Positions 53,365 to 64,000 of a stretch of 64,000 bases of DNA are shown piece after piece (positions within the stretch are counted from its first letter, which is position 1; the number at the start of each line of letters is the position of its first letter). Where the stretch lies: contig CBDHCW010000010.1 in assembly GCA_965261445.1 (NCBI GenBank), positions 183,995-247,994 of the forward strand, read 5' to 3'. The DNA comes from Dehalococcoidia bacterium. Lineage in GTDB: Bacteria; Chloroflexota; Dehalococcoidia; Lucifugimonadales; QGNO01. Below the pieces are notes generated by a model. The model was not told where the DNA came from, ran no database searches, and was given only the letters and a program-made list of their open reading frames with translations. The position numbers were made by a program, and so were the translations under genes.

Positions 53365-55170
53365 TTAGGAGACCTGCTCCTGCCGGTGAAACTCCAGGGT
53401 GTCCCCTTCCTGGAAATCGTTGAAGCTGTTTAGCATCACGCCGCCTTCGTACCCCGTAGCCAGTTCGCGGACGTCGTCTTTGAAGTGGCGTAAGCTAGCT
53501 ATAGTTCCATTGAATATAACACTGCCGTTGCGCGCTACGCGGGCCGACGAGTTCCTTACGACACGTCCGTCTGTGACGTAGATTCCGGCTATCTTGGAGC
53601 TCCTGCCGCGGCTGAAGACGGCCCTGACCGTGACATGGCCGTCTATCACCTCCCTCATCGTGGGGGCGGCCATGCCCTTTATTGTGCTCTGTACGTCATC
53701 CAATAGCTGATAGATGATGCTATAGAACCTCACTTCCACGTTTTCGGCGTCGGCTACCTGGCGGGCGCTTTGCTGTATTGTGGTGTTGAAGCCAATGACA
53801 ATGGCCTCTGAGGCTAGGGCCAAGAACACGTCGCTCTCCGTTATGGAGCCGGAGGCGGCATGGATGATGCGGACCTGGGTCTCATTTGTGCTCAACTGAA
53901 GGATGCTGTCACGAATGGCTTCTATGCTTCCCTGTACATCAGCCTTGAACACCAGGTTTAGCTCCTTGGCTTCTCCGGTGCGGATGCGGCTCATTATATC
54001 TTCCAAGCTTACCTGACGCCTGGATTCTTGCTGCCGCTGTGCAAGCTCCGTCGCCGTTCTGGCTTCCCTTTCGTTCGGCGCTACCTTGAAAGTGTCGCCA
54101 GCGGCTGGGGGATCGTTTAGGCCAAGCACTTCGACAGGAGTGGATGGCCCGGCAGAACGTATTCGTTTGCCGGCGTAGTCTACTAGCGCTTTGATTCTAC
54201 CGGTGATTGAGCCTATGACTAGGATATCGCCCACGTTGAGGGTGCCGTTTTTAACCAACAGAGTAGCTACTGGACCGCGGCTCTTGTCCAGCTTGGCTTC
54301 CAGCACCACTCCCCTTGCGGAGCGGCTGGGGTTTGCCTTAAGGTCCGAAATTTCAGAGACGACGAGGACGTTTTCCAGCAGTTCGTCCACGCCTTCTCCT
54401 GTCACGGCCGACACCGGTACTGCTATAACGTCGCCTCCCCACTCTTCAATGAGAAGGTTGTTCTCTGAAAGCTGTCTCTTGACGCGGTCTATGTCCGCGC
54501 TGGGACGGTCTATCTTGTTTATAGCTACCACTATGGGGACGGCGGCCGCTTTGGCATGATCTATTGCCTCCACGGTTTGCGGCATAATTCCGTCGTCCGC
54601 GGCTACCACCAGAACGGCTATATCCGTAGCCTCTGCACCGCGGGCCCTCATGGTAGTGAAGGCCTCGTGCCCAGGGGTATCCAAGAAAGTAATGGTGCGG
54701 TTGTTGTACTCGGCCTGGTAAGCGCCGATGTGTTGAGTGATGCCTCCGGCCTCCCGCTCAACTACTCTGGTCTTGCGAATGTTATCCAACAGTGTTGTCT
54801 TGCCGTGGTCCACGTGGCCTAGGATAGTGACCACAGGAGACCTTTCCTCTAGCACAGAGGCGTCTTCTTCTGCCTCTTCTACAGTGGTGGACTTCCTTGC
54901 TTTTTCCTCCAAGGGCACTGCCTTGTAGCCGAAGAGCGGAGCCAGTGCCGCCGCCGTGTCAAAGTCGACGGCTTGGTTTATGTTGGCCATGATTCCCGCT
55001 CGCATGAGCTGCTTCATAAGGTCTATGGGACTGGCCTTGAGCACCTCGGCAAAGTTGGCCACGGTGATAGCTTCAGGTATCCTGACGATTCGGACGGTGG
55101 TCTTGGCGCGCTGTTTCTGCTCCGCCTGGGGCTTGTCTGTTGTCTGTGTGGCCTGAAGTTCTCTTTCCAT
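53365..55170 (-). CDS. infB: translation initiation factor IF-2 (short N-terminus)
   Basis: The G-domain motifs are [20 protein letters not shown] and NKID. The protein is 601 aa. Confidence 0.95.
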   Translation of the reverse strand: MERELQATQTTDKPQAEQKQRAKTTVRIVRIPEAITVANFAEVLKASPIDLMKQLMRAGIMANINQAVDFDTAAALAPLFGYKAVPLEEKARKSTTVEEAEEDASVLEERSPVVTILGHVDHGKTTLLDNIRKTRVVEREAGGITQHIGAYQAEYNNRTITFLDTPGHEAFTTMRARGAEATDIAVLVVAADDGIMPQTVEAIDHAKAAAVPIVVAINKIDRPSADIDRVKRQLSENNLLIEEWGGDVIAVPVSAVTGEGVDELLENVLVVSEISDLKANPSRSARGVVLEAKLDKSRGPVATLLVKNGTLNVGDILVIGSITGRIKALVDYAGKRIRSAGPSTPVEVLGLNDPPAAGDTFKVAPNEREARTATELAQRQQESRRQVSLEDIMSRIRTGEAKELNLVFKADVQGSIEAIRDSILQLSTNETQVRIIHAASGSITESDVFLALASEAIVIGFNTTIQQSARQVADAENVEVRFYSIIYQLLDDVQSTIKGMAAPTMREVIDGHVTVRAVFSRGRSSKIAGIYVTDGRVVRNSSARVARNGSVIFNGTIASLRHFKDDVRELATGYEGGVMLNSFNDFQEGDTLEFHRQEQVS

Positions 55171-55182
55171 GGCAAATCCAAC

Positions 55183-55464
55183 CTATTCCTGGCTATCTAA
55201 AGTCTTGGCGAATTCTTGTAGCGTTTCCCTATCACCCGCGGCGAGCTTACCCTTGAGGGAGTATTCCAGCCTACCTTTGTTTAGTCCCAACTCCCAGCAT
55301 TCACGGGTTACGCACAGATAGGCGCCGCGTCCCTCGATCTTCCGCCTCCCCTGGTCAACCAGTATATCTCCAAGGGAAGTCCTGACAATCCGTACAAGCT
55401 CTTTTTGTACAGCTTGCCTGCCGCAGGCCACACAACGCCTCAGAGGTCTATGACGCTGCCGCAC
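55183..55464 (-). CDS. ylxR: YlxR/DUF448-family RNA-binding protein
   Basis: PLRRCVACGR...GRGAYLC is the family signature. The gene lies between nusA and infB. Confidence 0.85.
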   Translation of the reverse strand: MRQRHRPLRRCVACGRQAVQKELVRIVRTSLGDILVDQGRRKIEGRGAYLCVTRECWELGLNKGRLEYSLKGKLAAGDRETLQEFAKTLDSQE

Positions 55465-55492
55465 TGCCCTCCCTCACGAGCCTATTACCCAG

Positions 55493-56992
55493 CTATCCTG
55501 TTGCGGCGCCCTTGCGCCGTTTGCCTCGCCTGCCCCCTTTGCTGCGCCGTCCTTCACCGCCCCTAGGCACTATGATGTCCTCGGCAAATCTAATCTGGGA
55601 ACCTCCCCCTGTGGGAGTAAGCTGAGGTACTTGCCAAATATCGTCTGTAAGAGGAATCTCCTCCACTTCTTCTTCAACTTCCTCTTCTTCTACAGTGAAG
55701 TCCGACCAATCATCTTCGACAGCGGCCGGCGCCTCCGCCTCGACCTCTATCACAACGGGCTGTTCCTCTGCTGCCAGCTCTTCCATCTCAGCTTCAACCG
55801 GCTGCACTTCAGCCACAGGCACTGCTGCGTCTGCAGCCTCCGCCGGTTCCACCTCAACCTTTTCTTCCAGGACTTCTACCGGCTTGGCCGGGACCGGAGC
55901 CTCCGATACGGGTTCGGCAACTGCAGCAGCGGGAGCGGGCTTGCGCAGACGCTCCAACTCAACGTCCGCAGAGCTCAGGATATCTATCTTCCAGCCGGTT
56001 AGCTTGGCCGCCAACCTGGCGTTCTGACCCTCCCTGCCTATAGCCAGGGAAAGCTGCTTGTCCTGCACAACTACGGTGGCGTTGTTCTCCTCTTCATTCA
56101 AGGAGACGTAGAGCACCTGCGACGGGTTCAACGCATTGGAGATGAAGGCGGAAGGGTCGCGGTGCCACTGGACCACGTCTATCTTTTCGCCCTGAAGCTC
56201 GTTGACTATGTTCTGGATTCTTATGCCCCTCAGGCCAACACAGGAACCTACGGCATCGACGCCTTCCTGCTTAGCAACCACGGCCACCTTGCTCCTGGAA
56301 CCGGGCTCCCTGGCGATGGCCTTGATCTCCACTATGCCGTTGTATATCTCAGGGACTTCGATCTCAAAGAGGCGCTTGAGCAGGTTCCTATGGGACCTGG
56401 ATACTATGATCTCAGGCCCTTTGGCGGTCCTTGCCACCTCCTCTATGTAGAACTTCATTTTCTGCCCCTGGCGGTACCTTTCCGTGGACACCTGCTCGCG
56501 TTCAGGCAGCACAGCTTCGGTACGGCCAAGGTCAACAATAGTTTGCCTCGCCTCTATACGCTGGACCGTGCCTGTCACTACATCCTCCGAGCGGTCCGAG
56601 TACTCCTCAAAAACCAGTTCCCTTTCCGCCTCGCGGAGACGCTGCATGACCATCTGTTTGGCGGTCTGGGCAACAATGCGCCCGGAGAGATTGTGGGTGG
56701 ACTCTATCTCAATGACATCGCCTATTTCGGCATCCGGCTTCATCTTCTTAGCCTCGGCGCGGGTCATCTCTATCTTGTTGTCTTCAACGTCGACCACCAC
56801 ATTCTTGAGAACATAGACCCGGATGTCGCCCGTGCCTGGACTCAGCCTAACCGAAATATTCTGGCTGGCGGCTAGATTATCTCTCTTGTAGGCAGAGGCC
56901 AGTGCAGCTTCAATAGCACCGAGCACCATCTCCCTGGGCAGGCCCCTTTCTGCGGCAAGCTGGGTTAGTGCGATCAAAAAGTCGCTCTTCAT
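55493..56992 (-). CDS. nusA: transcription termination/antitermination factor NusA with acidic C-terminal extension
   Basis: The N-terminal domain is followed by S1 and two KH domains (GSRSKVAV..., SLAIGREGQNARLAAKLTGWKIDI), then a Glu/Ala/Val-rich tail. Confidence 0.95.
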   Translation of the reverse strand: MKSDFLIALTQLAAERGLPREMVLGAIEAALASAYKRDNLAASQNISVRLSPGTGDIRVYVLKNVVVDVEDNKIEMTRAEAKKMKPDAEIGDVIEIESTHNLSGRIVAQTAKQMVMQRLREAERELVFEEYSDRSEDVVTGTVQRIEARQTIVDLGRTEAVLPEREQVSTERYRQGQKMKFYIEEVARTAKGPEIIVSRSHRNLLKRLFEIEVPEIYNGIVEIKAIAREPGSRSKVAVVAKQEGVDAVGSCVGLRGIRIQNIVNELQGEKIDVVQWHRDPSAFISNALNPSQVLYVSLNEEENNATVVVQDKQLSLAIGREGQNARLAAKLTGWKIDILSSADVELERLRKPAPAAAVAEPVSEAPVPAKPVEVLEEKVEVEPAEAADAAVPVAEVQPVEAEMEELAAEEQPVVIEVEAEAPAAVEDDWSDFTVEEEEVEEEVEEIPLTDDIWQVPQLTPTGGGSQIRFAEDIIVPRGGEGRRSKGGRRGKRRKGAATG

Positions 56993-57041
56993 AGCCAGCC
57001 ACCTCCTCTATGCTCTGTTCAACAACCCCCTAACTGAACAA

Positions 57042-57065
57042 AAAAGTGGGACGAAACCCACTTTT
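57042..57065 (-). terminator. intrinsic terminator-like hairpin between the thrC-like gene and nusA
   Basis: AAAAGTGGG-ACGAAA-CCCACTTTT has a 9-bp stem. On the minus strand it is followed by extra T residues. It lies about 50 nt upstream of the nusA ATG. Confidence 0.6.
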
Positions 57066-57302
57066 CCAAGTAAACAATTGAGGTTGGAGAACCAATAACT
57101 GGCAAGATTATAGCACTGTCATTGAATACAAACAACCCAACGTTCAACCCAACGTTGCTTCACGTTTCACGTGGTGTACCAGTTGGGTCGAAAACAGTAA
57201 AACGGTTCAACTGCGCTCACCTAGCAGTACATTTACGCCTAAATTAGGATATCTCTGACCAGAGCAGAGATCATTGTTTTACCACTGGCTGGTTGAATAT
57301 AC

Positions 57303-58436
57303 CTAGGGCATAGGTTCCTTGAACCCGAATCCGGTTAACGGAAAAAGTACGCTTTCTGAAGACGTTATTGCTCCCTGGGCCCTCAATCTCTCCGCTGCGG
57401 CCAGTACCGTAGCTGATGTGGGTTCCACGAAGAGACCTTCCATACTGCTCAGCCGCCTCTGCCACTCAACTATCTCGCTATCCGGTACGGCCAGGCACTG
57501 GCCTCCGGTCTGTCGACAGGCTTCAACGAGCTCTTGCAGCCGGGGAGGCGAGGAAATCTTTATGCCTATTGCCACCGTCTCCGCCCCCGGTAAACCCGGA
57601 CTCCAATCATGTCCCTGGAAAGCAGAGGCAAGAGGTTGATATGCTTCCGACTGGACAGCGTGCAAGCGGGGAATCTTTTGCACCCGTCCGTCCTGGAGCA
57701 TCTCTTTGAAAGCCCACCACATACCCAGAAGCTGAGAGCCGTTCCCCACGGCTATAATTATATTGTCCGGCAACTGGTCCATCTGCTCGGCGATTTCATA
57801 GGCCATGGTCTTGTTGCCCTCTATGAAGTAAGCGTTGAGCTGGTAGGCCAGGTTCAACGTATCAGAGTCGGAGCAGAACGCATCCATCGCCGCCGCTGCC
57901 GCCCGGCGGTCGCCGTCTACCCAATGCATCTCTGCGCCGCTTTGCCTGATGGCCTGTACCTTGCGGTTGTCCTCTCCTTCAAACGCGAAGGCAACGAAGG
58001 TGATGCCGGCGCGGGCGCAGTAGGCGGCCAGCGAATGGCCTGTGTTGCCTCCTCCAATCTCAGCGGCCCTTTGCACCCCTGTCTCCTTCAGTACGGAGAC
58101 CTGCACAGCGTTGCCCCTGTCCTTGAAGGAGCCTGTGGGGTTCATGTACTCCAGCTTGGCGTACACGGCATCGATGTTCAGGGCCCGGCTGGTGCGGGTC
58201 AGGGGTACGACTGGCGTATCTCCTTCTCCCATGGTCACCAAGTTGGCCTGATCGCGCACTGGCAGCATGGGCAAATACCTAGCGATGCCCGTTGCTCCTG
58301 ATAGAATTCTTGCTTCTGCCGTTGCGGGGGTGTCGTAATCTACTCTGAGCAAGTTCCCGCATTCGTCGCAGGTGGTTCTGTACCTGGAAGCGTCATGATG
58401 GCGGCTGCATTCCACGCATACGAGTTCAAAGGACAT
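57303..58436 (-). CDS. threonine synthase-like PLP-dependent enzyme
   Basis: The N-terminal Cys4 ribbon is CVECSR..CDECG and the PLP-lysine motif is NPTGSFKDRG. The start is taken at MSFELV, preceded by the SD GGAGAGG; the ORF-track start is 58466. Confidence 0.8.
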   Translation of the reverse strand: MSFELVCVECSRHHDASRYRTTCDECGNLLRVDYDTPATAEARILSGATGIARYLPMLPVRDQANLVTMGEGDTPVVPLTRTSRALNIDAVYAKLEYMNPTGSFKDRGNAVQVSVLKETGVQRAAEIGGGNTGHSLAAYCARAGITFVAFAFEGEDNRKVQAIRQSGAEMHWVDGDRRAAAAAMDAFCSDSDTLNLAYQLNAYFIEGNKTMAYEIAEQMDQLPDNIIIAVGNGSQLLGMWWAFKEMLQDGRVQKIPRLHAVQSEAYQPLASAFQGHDWSPGLPGAETVAIGIKISSPPRLQELVEACRQTGGQCLAVPDSEIVEWQRRLSSMEGLFVEPTSATVLAAAERLRAQGAITSSESVLFPLTGFGFKEPMP

Positions 58437-58495
58437 GGCGGACCTCTCCGGTTGAGATGAGCGCATTATAGACGCACCGGCCTGGCGGTGAAAGA

Positions 58496-58524
58496 AACAG
58501 GCGCTCCAATATGGAGCGCCTGTT
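58496..58524 (-). terminator. intrinsic terminator after groEL
   Basis: AACAGGCGCTCC-AATAT-GGAGCGCCTGTT has a 12-bp perfect stem. It is followed on the minus strand by TCTTTC. Confidence 0.7.
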
Positions 58525-58547
58525 CAGGGTGTACCTGTTGCGCCGGC

Positions 58548-60167
<1,620 letters not shown>

Positions 60168-60196
60168 TTAAGTTGGACTGAATAAAAAGTTGCTTC

Positions 60197-60490
60197 TTAA
60201 CTGATTTTTGCCAGGATGTCAGACTCGCGGAGTATCAGGTACTCAACGTCATCTTCCTTTAGCTCGGTGCCTGCATACTTGGAGTAGACGATCTTGTCAT
60301 TGACCTTGACCTCCATGTCCAGGCGCTTGCCATCATCGCCGAGCCTGCCTGGGCCGACTGCGACGACCTCACCCTTTTGGGGTTTCTCTCTTGCGGTGTC
60401 TGGGAGAACCAGCCCTCCTTTAGTGACCTCTTCCTCTTCCAGGGGCTTGATTACTACGCGGTCTCCCAGCGGTTGGAAAGTTACTTCCAC
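60197..60490 (-). CDS. groES: co-chaperonin GroES
   Basis: The GTG start at 60490 is preceded by the SD AAGGAGG. The protein contains [10 protein letters not shown]. The ORF-track ATG at 60532 would abut the CIRCE. Confidence 0.92.
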   Translation of the reverse strand: MEVTFQPLGDRVVIKPLEEEEVTKGGLVLPDTAREKPQKGEVVAVGPGRLGDDGKRLDMEVKVNDKIVYSKYAGTELKEDDVEYLILRESDILAKIS

Positions 60491-60532
60491 ACTGCCCTCC
60501 TTAAAACTAGATATTGCCTGCCTATCGAACAT

Positions 60533-60559
60533 TTAGCACTCTACGACCCAGAGTGCTAA
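60533..60559 (-). promoter_or_regulatory. CIRCE operator (HrcA binding site)
   Basis: TTAGCACTC-N9-GAGTGCTAA is a perfect match to the consensus. It lies upstream of groES. Confidence 0.9.
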
Positions 60560-60652
60560 TCCAACTAGAGATAGTATTACCTACCGCGAGGGGTTGTCAA
60601 GTGGATAGCGTGGATAGCACCCTCTCACCAGCCCCATTGGCGCAAGCCGTCT

Positions 60653-61492
60653 CTAACTAACCGAAGGTGAAGGAAGGGGAGCGAAGCGGTTCTGGGACAA
60701 AAGAGATTCGAGGAGGAGGGCGAAGCCTTGCTCGGAAGCAGGGAGGGTTACCTGGTCGGCGGAGGCTTTGACCTTGTCGGGGGCGTTACCCATGGCTACG
60801 CCCAAGCCCGCCCATTGGATCATATCCACATCGTTGGGGCTGTCCCCTACGGCGACTACTTCCTCCCTCTTCACGCCCAGGGACTCGGCCAAGTGCTCAA
60901 GGGCCGCGCCTTTGGTCCCGTCGGGGTGGCCTATCTCGCATAAGTAGTCGTAGGTGCGCATGGCAGCGATGGTGCCGTGGAAGTGGGTATCTACCATCGT
61001 CGGAACGCCGCTTATAAGCTCAGTGTCCCCGGTGACAACGATCTTGGTGGGCGGTTCATGGATGTCGCGGATGAGACTAGTCACAAGCTCAGCCTTGATC
61101 TTGAGAAGCTGTTCCGACTGGCGCACAGCATCGGTCATTTCCTGCACGTAGCAATGGTCTCGCACATATACCTCGGGATTTAGGCCCCTCTCTTCAAGCA
61201 GACGGATCAGGCGGCGGGCGAGGGGCAGGGGTGCGGGGGTCTCTCGGACGATCTCGTGGGTGACGGGGTTGGACGTCAGAGAGCCCTGGTAACAGATTAT
61301 GGGCAGGGTAAGGCCGAGGTCTCGGCTGAACATGAGAGCGGATTTGTAGGTTCGCCCCGTGGCCAGGGTTACCCCCGCACCGGTCTCCATGACACGGGCG
61401 ACGGCCTGTTTGGTTCGCTTGGTGAGAGGAGTGTTGGTAATACGTTCGTATATTGTGCCGTCGATGTCGAAGGCGAGAAGTCTGTAGGTCAT
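60653..61492 (-). CDS. Cof-type HAD-IIB hydrolase
   Basis: The motifs are LLAFDIDGT, TLATGR and GDSPNDVDM. Confidence 0.85.
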   Translation of the reverse strand: MTYRLLAFDIDGTIYERITNTPLTKRTKQAVARVMETGAGVTLATGRTYKSALMFSRDLGLTLPIICYQGSLTSNPVTHEIVRETPAPLPLARRLIRLLEERGLNPEVYVRDHCYVQEMTDAVRQSEQLLKIKAELVTSLIRDIHEPPTKIVVTGDTELISGVPTMVDTHFHGTIAAMRTYDYLCEIGHPDGTKGAALEHLAESLGVKREEVVAVGDSPNDVDMIQWAGLGVAMGNAPDKVKASADQVTLPASEQGFALLLESLLSQNRFAPLPSPSVS

Positions 61493-62523
61493 TGGGGTGA
61501 AGATTCAGCAGATGATTGGAATGATATGAACCTAGCCAGCTCGTCGATGGGGAAGTCTGGCATTTCCCTCTCCCCCGTTGCAGTACACACCACGAATCCG
61601 CCCTCTGGCGGCGTCACCTCTCCGATTCGGGCGACTGGAATGCCTGCACCTTCCAACCCAGCGGTTACATCCGGGACATGCTCAGGTGAAAGTGTCACAA
61701 TGAGAGCACCGGAGGCGAGGAGGCCGAGAGGATCGAGGTCGAGATTCTGGCAGAAAACCCGGGTCTCAGGGAGGATCGGTACGGAGGCGAGGTCAAGCCT
61801 CACGCCCACGCCCGCGGCCCAGCCGATCTCCCGAAGGCCGGTGACAAGGCCGCCTTCCGTGGGGTCGTGCATGGAGTGAATGGCGCCCGAGGCTCGGGCG
61901 ATACGGGCATCCTTCAGGACACTGATGCCAGGGTTGTAAAGGAAGCCTTGGGCGGTCTGGATGGTGGAGTCAGGAACACCCTTGGCAGAGAGGGTGGAAG
62001 CCGACTCACGGCCGAGGACAGCGGTGCCCTCGATGGCGATGGCCTTGGTGAGGAGTACGGCGTCGCCAACCTGGGCAGCGGAGGTGGGCGTGAGGTCGTC
62101 CGGGTGAGCTTCACCGAGCATGGCGCCCATAACAATGGGCCTGTTTATGTCATAGGTGATCTCGGTGTGACCACCGATGAGGGAGACTCCGATGTCCTTG
62201 CAGGCGTCGTAGATCTGTCGGAAAGCGTTTTCGATTTGGGACTCGGGCGTGTTTTCGGGCACCAGGAGAGTGGCGAGGAACCAACGGGGCTCGGCCCCCG
62301 TGGCGGCGATGTCGTTGGCGTTGACGTGAACTGAGTACCAGCCGATTTCGTTGGAGGCGAAGGTGATGGGGTCGGTCTTGGCGACTAGGACGCGGTCGTC
62401 GGACATGGAGATGACGGCGGCGTCCTCGCCGATGCCGGGGCCGATGAGGACTCGGGGGTCGGTGGGGGGTGCGGAGGAGAGGAGTCGGTGCAGGAGGTCG
62501 GGGGGAAGTTTGCCTACTTGCAT
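61489..62523 (-). CDS. AIR synthase-related (PurM/HypE/ThiL-like) protein
   Basis: GEDAAVI..., VHVNANDIAATGAEP and the two-domain PurM-like layout support the call. Confidence 0.7.
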   Translation of the reverse strand: MQVGKLPPDLLHRLLSSAPPTDPRVLIGPGIGEDAAVISMSDDRVLVAKTDPITFASNEIGWYSVHVNANDIAATGAEPRWFLATLLVPENTPESQIENAFRQIYDACKDIGVSLIGGHTEITYDINRPIVMGAMLGEAHPDDLTPTSAAQVGDAVLLTKAIAIEGTAVLGRESASTLSAKGVPDSTIQTAQGFLYNPGISVLKDARIARASGAIHSMHDPTEGGLVTGLREIGWAAGVGVRLDLASVPILPETRVFCQNLDLDPLGLLASGALIVTLSPEHVPDVTAGLEGAGIPVARIGEVTPPEGGFVVCTATGEREMPDFPIDELARFISFQSSAESSPQ

Positions 62524-62669
62524 TGGAGGGATGATAACACGGGGGAGGCGCTCCAGGAAATTGAGGATTCAGCCCTCTTGCCGCGAAGTACCTGCAGGGT
62601 CTGTCCTCTCTCCATCCCGTGAAAGACACGTTGGGGATAGCCGCCCCCACTACCGCAACATTTAGAACC

Positions 62670-62891
62670 CTATCCCGTGTCACGCGGGATGGGTTTTAGT
62701 TTGATGCCTGTCAAGGCGGGTTGGCCCACTGGCAGCATGCGGAACCCCTTCACGTGGGGGCGCACCAGGACAAAGTCCTGCACGTGGAAGAGGGGGATGA
62801 TGCCCGCATCGTCCATCAGCAACTGCTCCGCCTCCCGATAAAGTGCCAAGCGGACCCTGCGGTCATCACGTGGAAAATCCGTGGAACAGCC
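62670..62891 (-). pseudogene. C-terminal remnant of a family-5 (peptide/nickel type) ABC substrate-binding protein
   Basis: The frame reads ..RVRLALYREAEQLLMDDAGIIPLFHVQDFVLVRPHVKGFRMLPVG..*. It is closed upstream by a TAG at 62892-62894 with no start codon. Confidence 0.5.
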
Positions 62892-62954
62892 CTATCCTGA
62901 CATGCGTACGGCATCTATCTGAACGAGATCAGCCACGCCCTTGAATCAGCTTAG

Positions 62955-63710
62955 CTATTGGAACGTAGAGGCGTCCTCGCCTATCCACTTGCGAATGATG
63001 GCGTTCAGGGTGCCGTCGGCTTTCATAGACGCCAGGGCCTCGTCGAGCTTGCCCTTCAGGTCGCTGCCCTCGCGGACGCCAATGCCGAGTCCCCGGTCCA
63101 GCAGCACGGTTGGCCCCACAATGGCCAGTTGACCCTCGTACTGAGCAAGCTTCTCCACCCCGTAACCGTGGTCCACGAGGACGGCATCCACTTCGTCGTT
63201 GAACACTGCTTCGGCCAAGTCTATCGAGCCTTCGAGCGATACGAAGGGCCTGCCCAGCTCGGTGAAGTAGTCGGAGTATATGGTGTTTACGGTTGCCCCA
63301 ATGGTGCCCTGGATAGCCGCATCGCCCTCGCCGGCCCTGGCCAGGTACACGGAAGGCGTAGGCGGGTAGTAGGCTTCCGTGAAGTCGATTGTCTCCTCCC
63401 GTTCTGCAGTGATGCTCATGCCGGCGAAGATCGCATCGAACTCTTCGTCCACGAGGTCGGGAATCATTTCTTCCCAATCATTTAGAACCCACTCACACTC
63501 CAAATCGGCGCGTCCGCACAACTCCTCCCCAAGCTCACGCTCAAGGCCATCTATTTCACCCTCACCGTTGATGAAGTTGAAGGGATGGTAGTTGCCGTCT
63601 GTGGCTATCACCGCCGTGTCCGCTCTCCCACATGCAGCCAGCAGCAGCACGAGAGCTGCCGCCAAGAGAAGCGCGCTAAGCGCGTGTATGAACCGGCCTT
63701 TCAAAGTCAA
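62955..63710 (-). CDS. family-3 (amino-acid type) ABC transporter substrate-binding lipoprotein
   Basis: The lipobox signal is LLLAAC. The body (ATDGNYHPFNF...DAIFAGMSITAEREETIDFTEAYY) is typical of polar amino-acid SBPs. Confidence 0.85.
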   Translation of the reverse strand: MTLKGRFIHALSALLLAAALVLLLAACGRADTAVIATDGNYHPFNFINGEGEIDGLERELGEELCGRADLECEWVLNDWEEMIPDLVDEEFDAIFAGMSITAEREETIDFTEAYYPPTPSVYLARAGEGDAAIQGTIGATVNTIYSDYFTELGRPFVSLEGSIDLAEAVFNDEVDAVLVDHGYGVEKLAQYEGQLAIVGPTVLLDRGLGIGVREGSDLKGKLDEALASMKADGTLNAIIRKWIGEDASTFQ

Positions 63711-63753
63711 CGCTCACCTCACTTGAGCTAGTGCACCTGGTGCGCAGGTCAGA

Positions 63754-64000
63754 TCACTGGCGGGACAATCTGGTAGTCTGGGCTGTTGATGCCCCTCTTG
63801 GGAAAAGATAATACGCGGCTGTGAGAAAGACAAGATAGAGTCCCCTATTCACCCCGGCTACTTTCGGATCAATTGGTTCGCCTTCAATGGGACTTATTGA
63901 GTTTGACGAGGCCCCAATAGCCAGCTTGAACCCCAGCGTGAAGGTTACACTCCCCCAGGCCAGGGTTTCCGCCACGGGGCTTCGACCGGGACGGGCAGAC
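63754..64000 (-). CDS. 3' end of an unidentified gene open to the window edge
   Basis: The frame stays open from base 64000 to the stop at 63754. I recognised no motif. Confidence 0.2.
   Translation of the reverse strand, partial: SARPGRSPVAETLAWGSVTFTLGFKLAIGASSNSISPIEGEPIDPKVAGVNRGLYLVFLTAAYYLFPRGASTAQTTRLSRQ

Noticed and set aside
62150-62683. A 177-aa minus-strand ORF (Arg/Pro/His-rich).
   Set aside because: It is out of frame with, and largely inside, the AIR-synthase-like gene, and it has a non-protein-like composition.

Overview
This is a 64-kb, GC-rich bacterial chromosomal window. The housekeeping proteins look Chloroflexota-like, but that is only an impression. All family calls come from motifs read by eye; no searches were run.

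Part A (about 1-22.4 kb) is an integrated accessory/defence island.
- It ends at a tyrosine integrase (20955-22142) and a 121-bp direct repeat (22301-22421). The second copy of that repeat (26499-26618) abuts the 3' end of argS.
- It carries an HTH-fused orphan DNA methyltransferase and a triple zinc-ribbon protein.
- It carries one tightly packed Type I R-M operon with passenger genes: XRE-HTH, hsdM, KAP P-loop NTPase, hsdS, HEPN-like ORF, DUF433/DUF5615 pair, hsdR.
- It carries a fused ABC-ATPase/DUF4435-Toprim gene (OLD/PARIS-like) translationally coupled to a CPBP/Abi membrane protease.
- It carries a HicA-like module and two recurrent families of tiny His/Cys-rich ORFs. One family forms ~255-bp direct repeats bracketing the ATPase module.

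Part B (22.4-64 kb) is mostly core genome.
- An asp23 locus, with one copy split by an IS1380-family element (18-bp IRs, 5-bp TSD).
- argS, a small nuclease-like islet, recG, degV, a yloV-like gene, rpmB and rpe.
- argH, a retropepsin-like ORF, argG, argD, a UPF0182 gene, argB and argJ.
- A HigB / HigA-ImmA module, an amidohydrolase, an MFS transporter, two SDRs and an IMPase-like gene.
- truB-rbfA-infB-ylxR-nusA, a thrC-like gene, and groES-groEL with a perfect CIRCE.
- A HAD hydrolase, an AIR-synthase-like gene and substrate-binding proteins.

Between 26.6 and 42.7 kb many core genes carry frame disruptions (argS, recG, rpe, argH, argD, UPF0182). Of the indels I localised to the base, most lie in homopolymer runs, which points to sequence error more than decay. 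I saw no rRNA, tRNA or CRISPR array.
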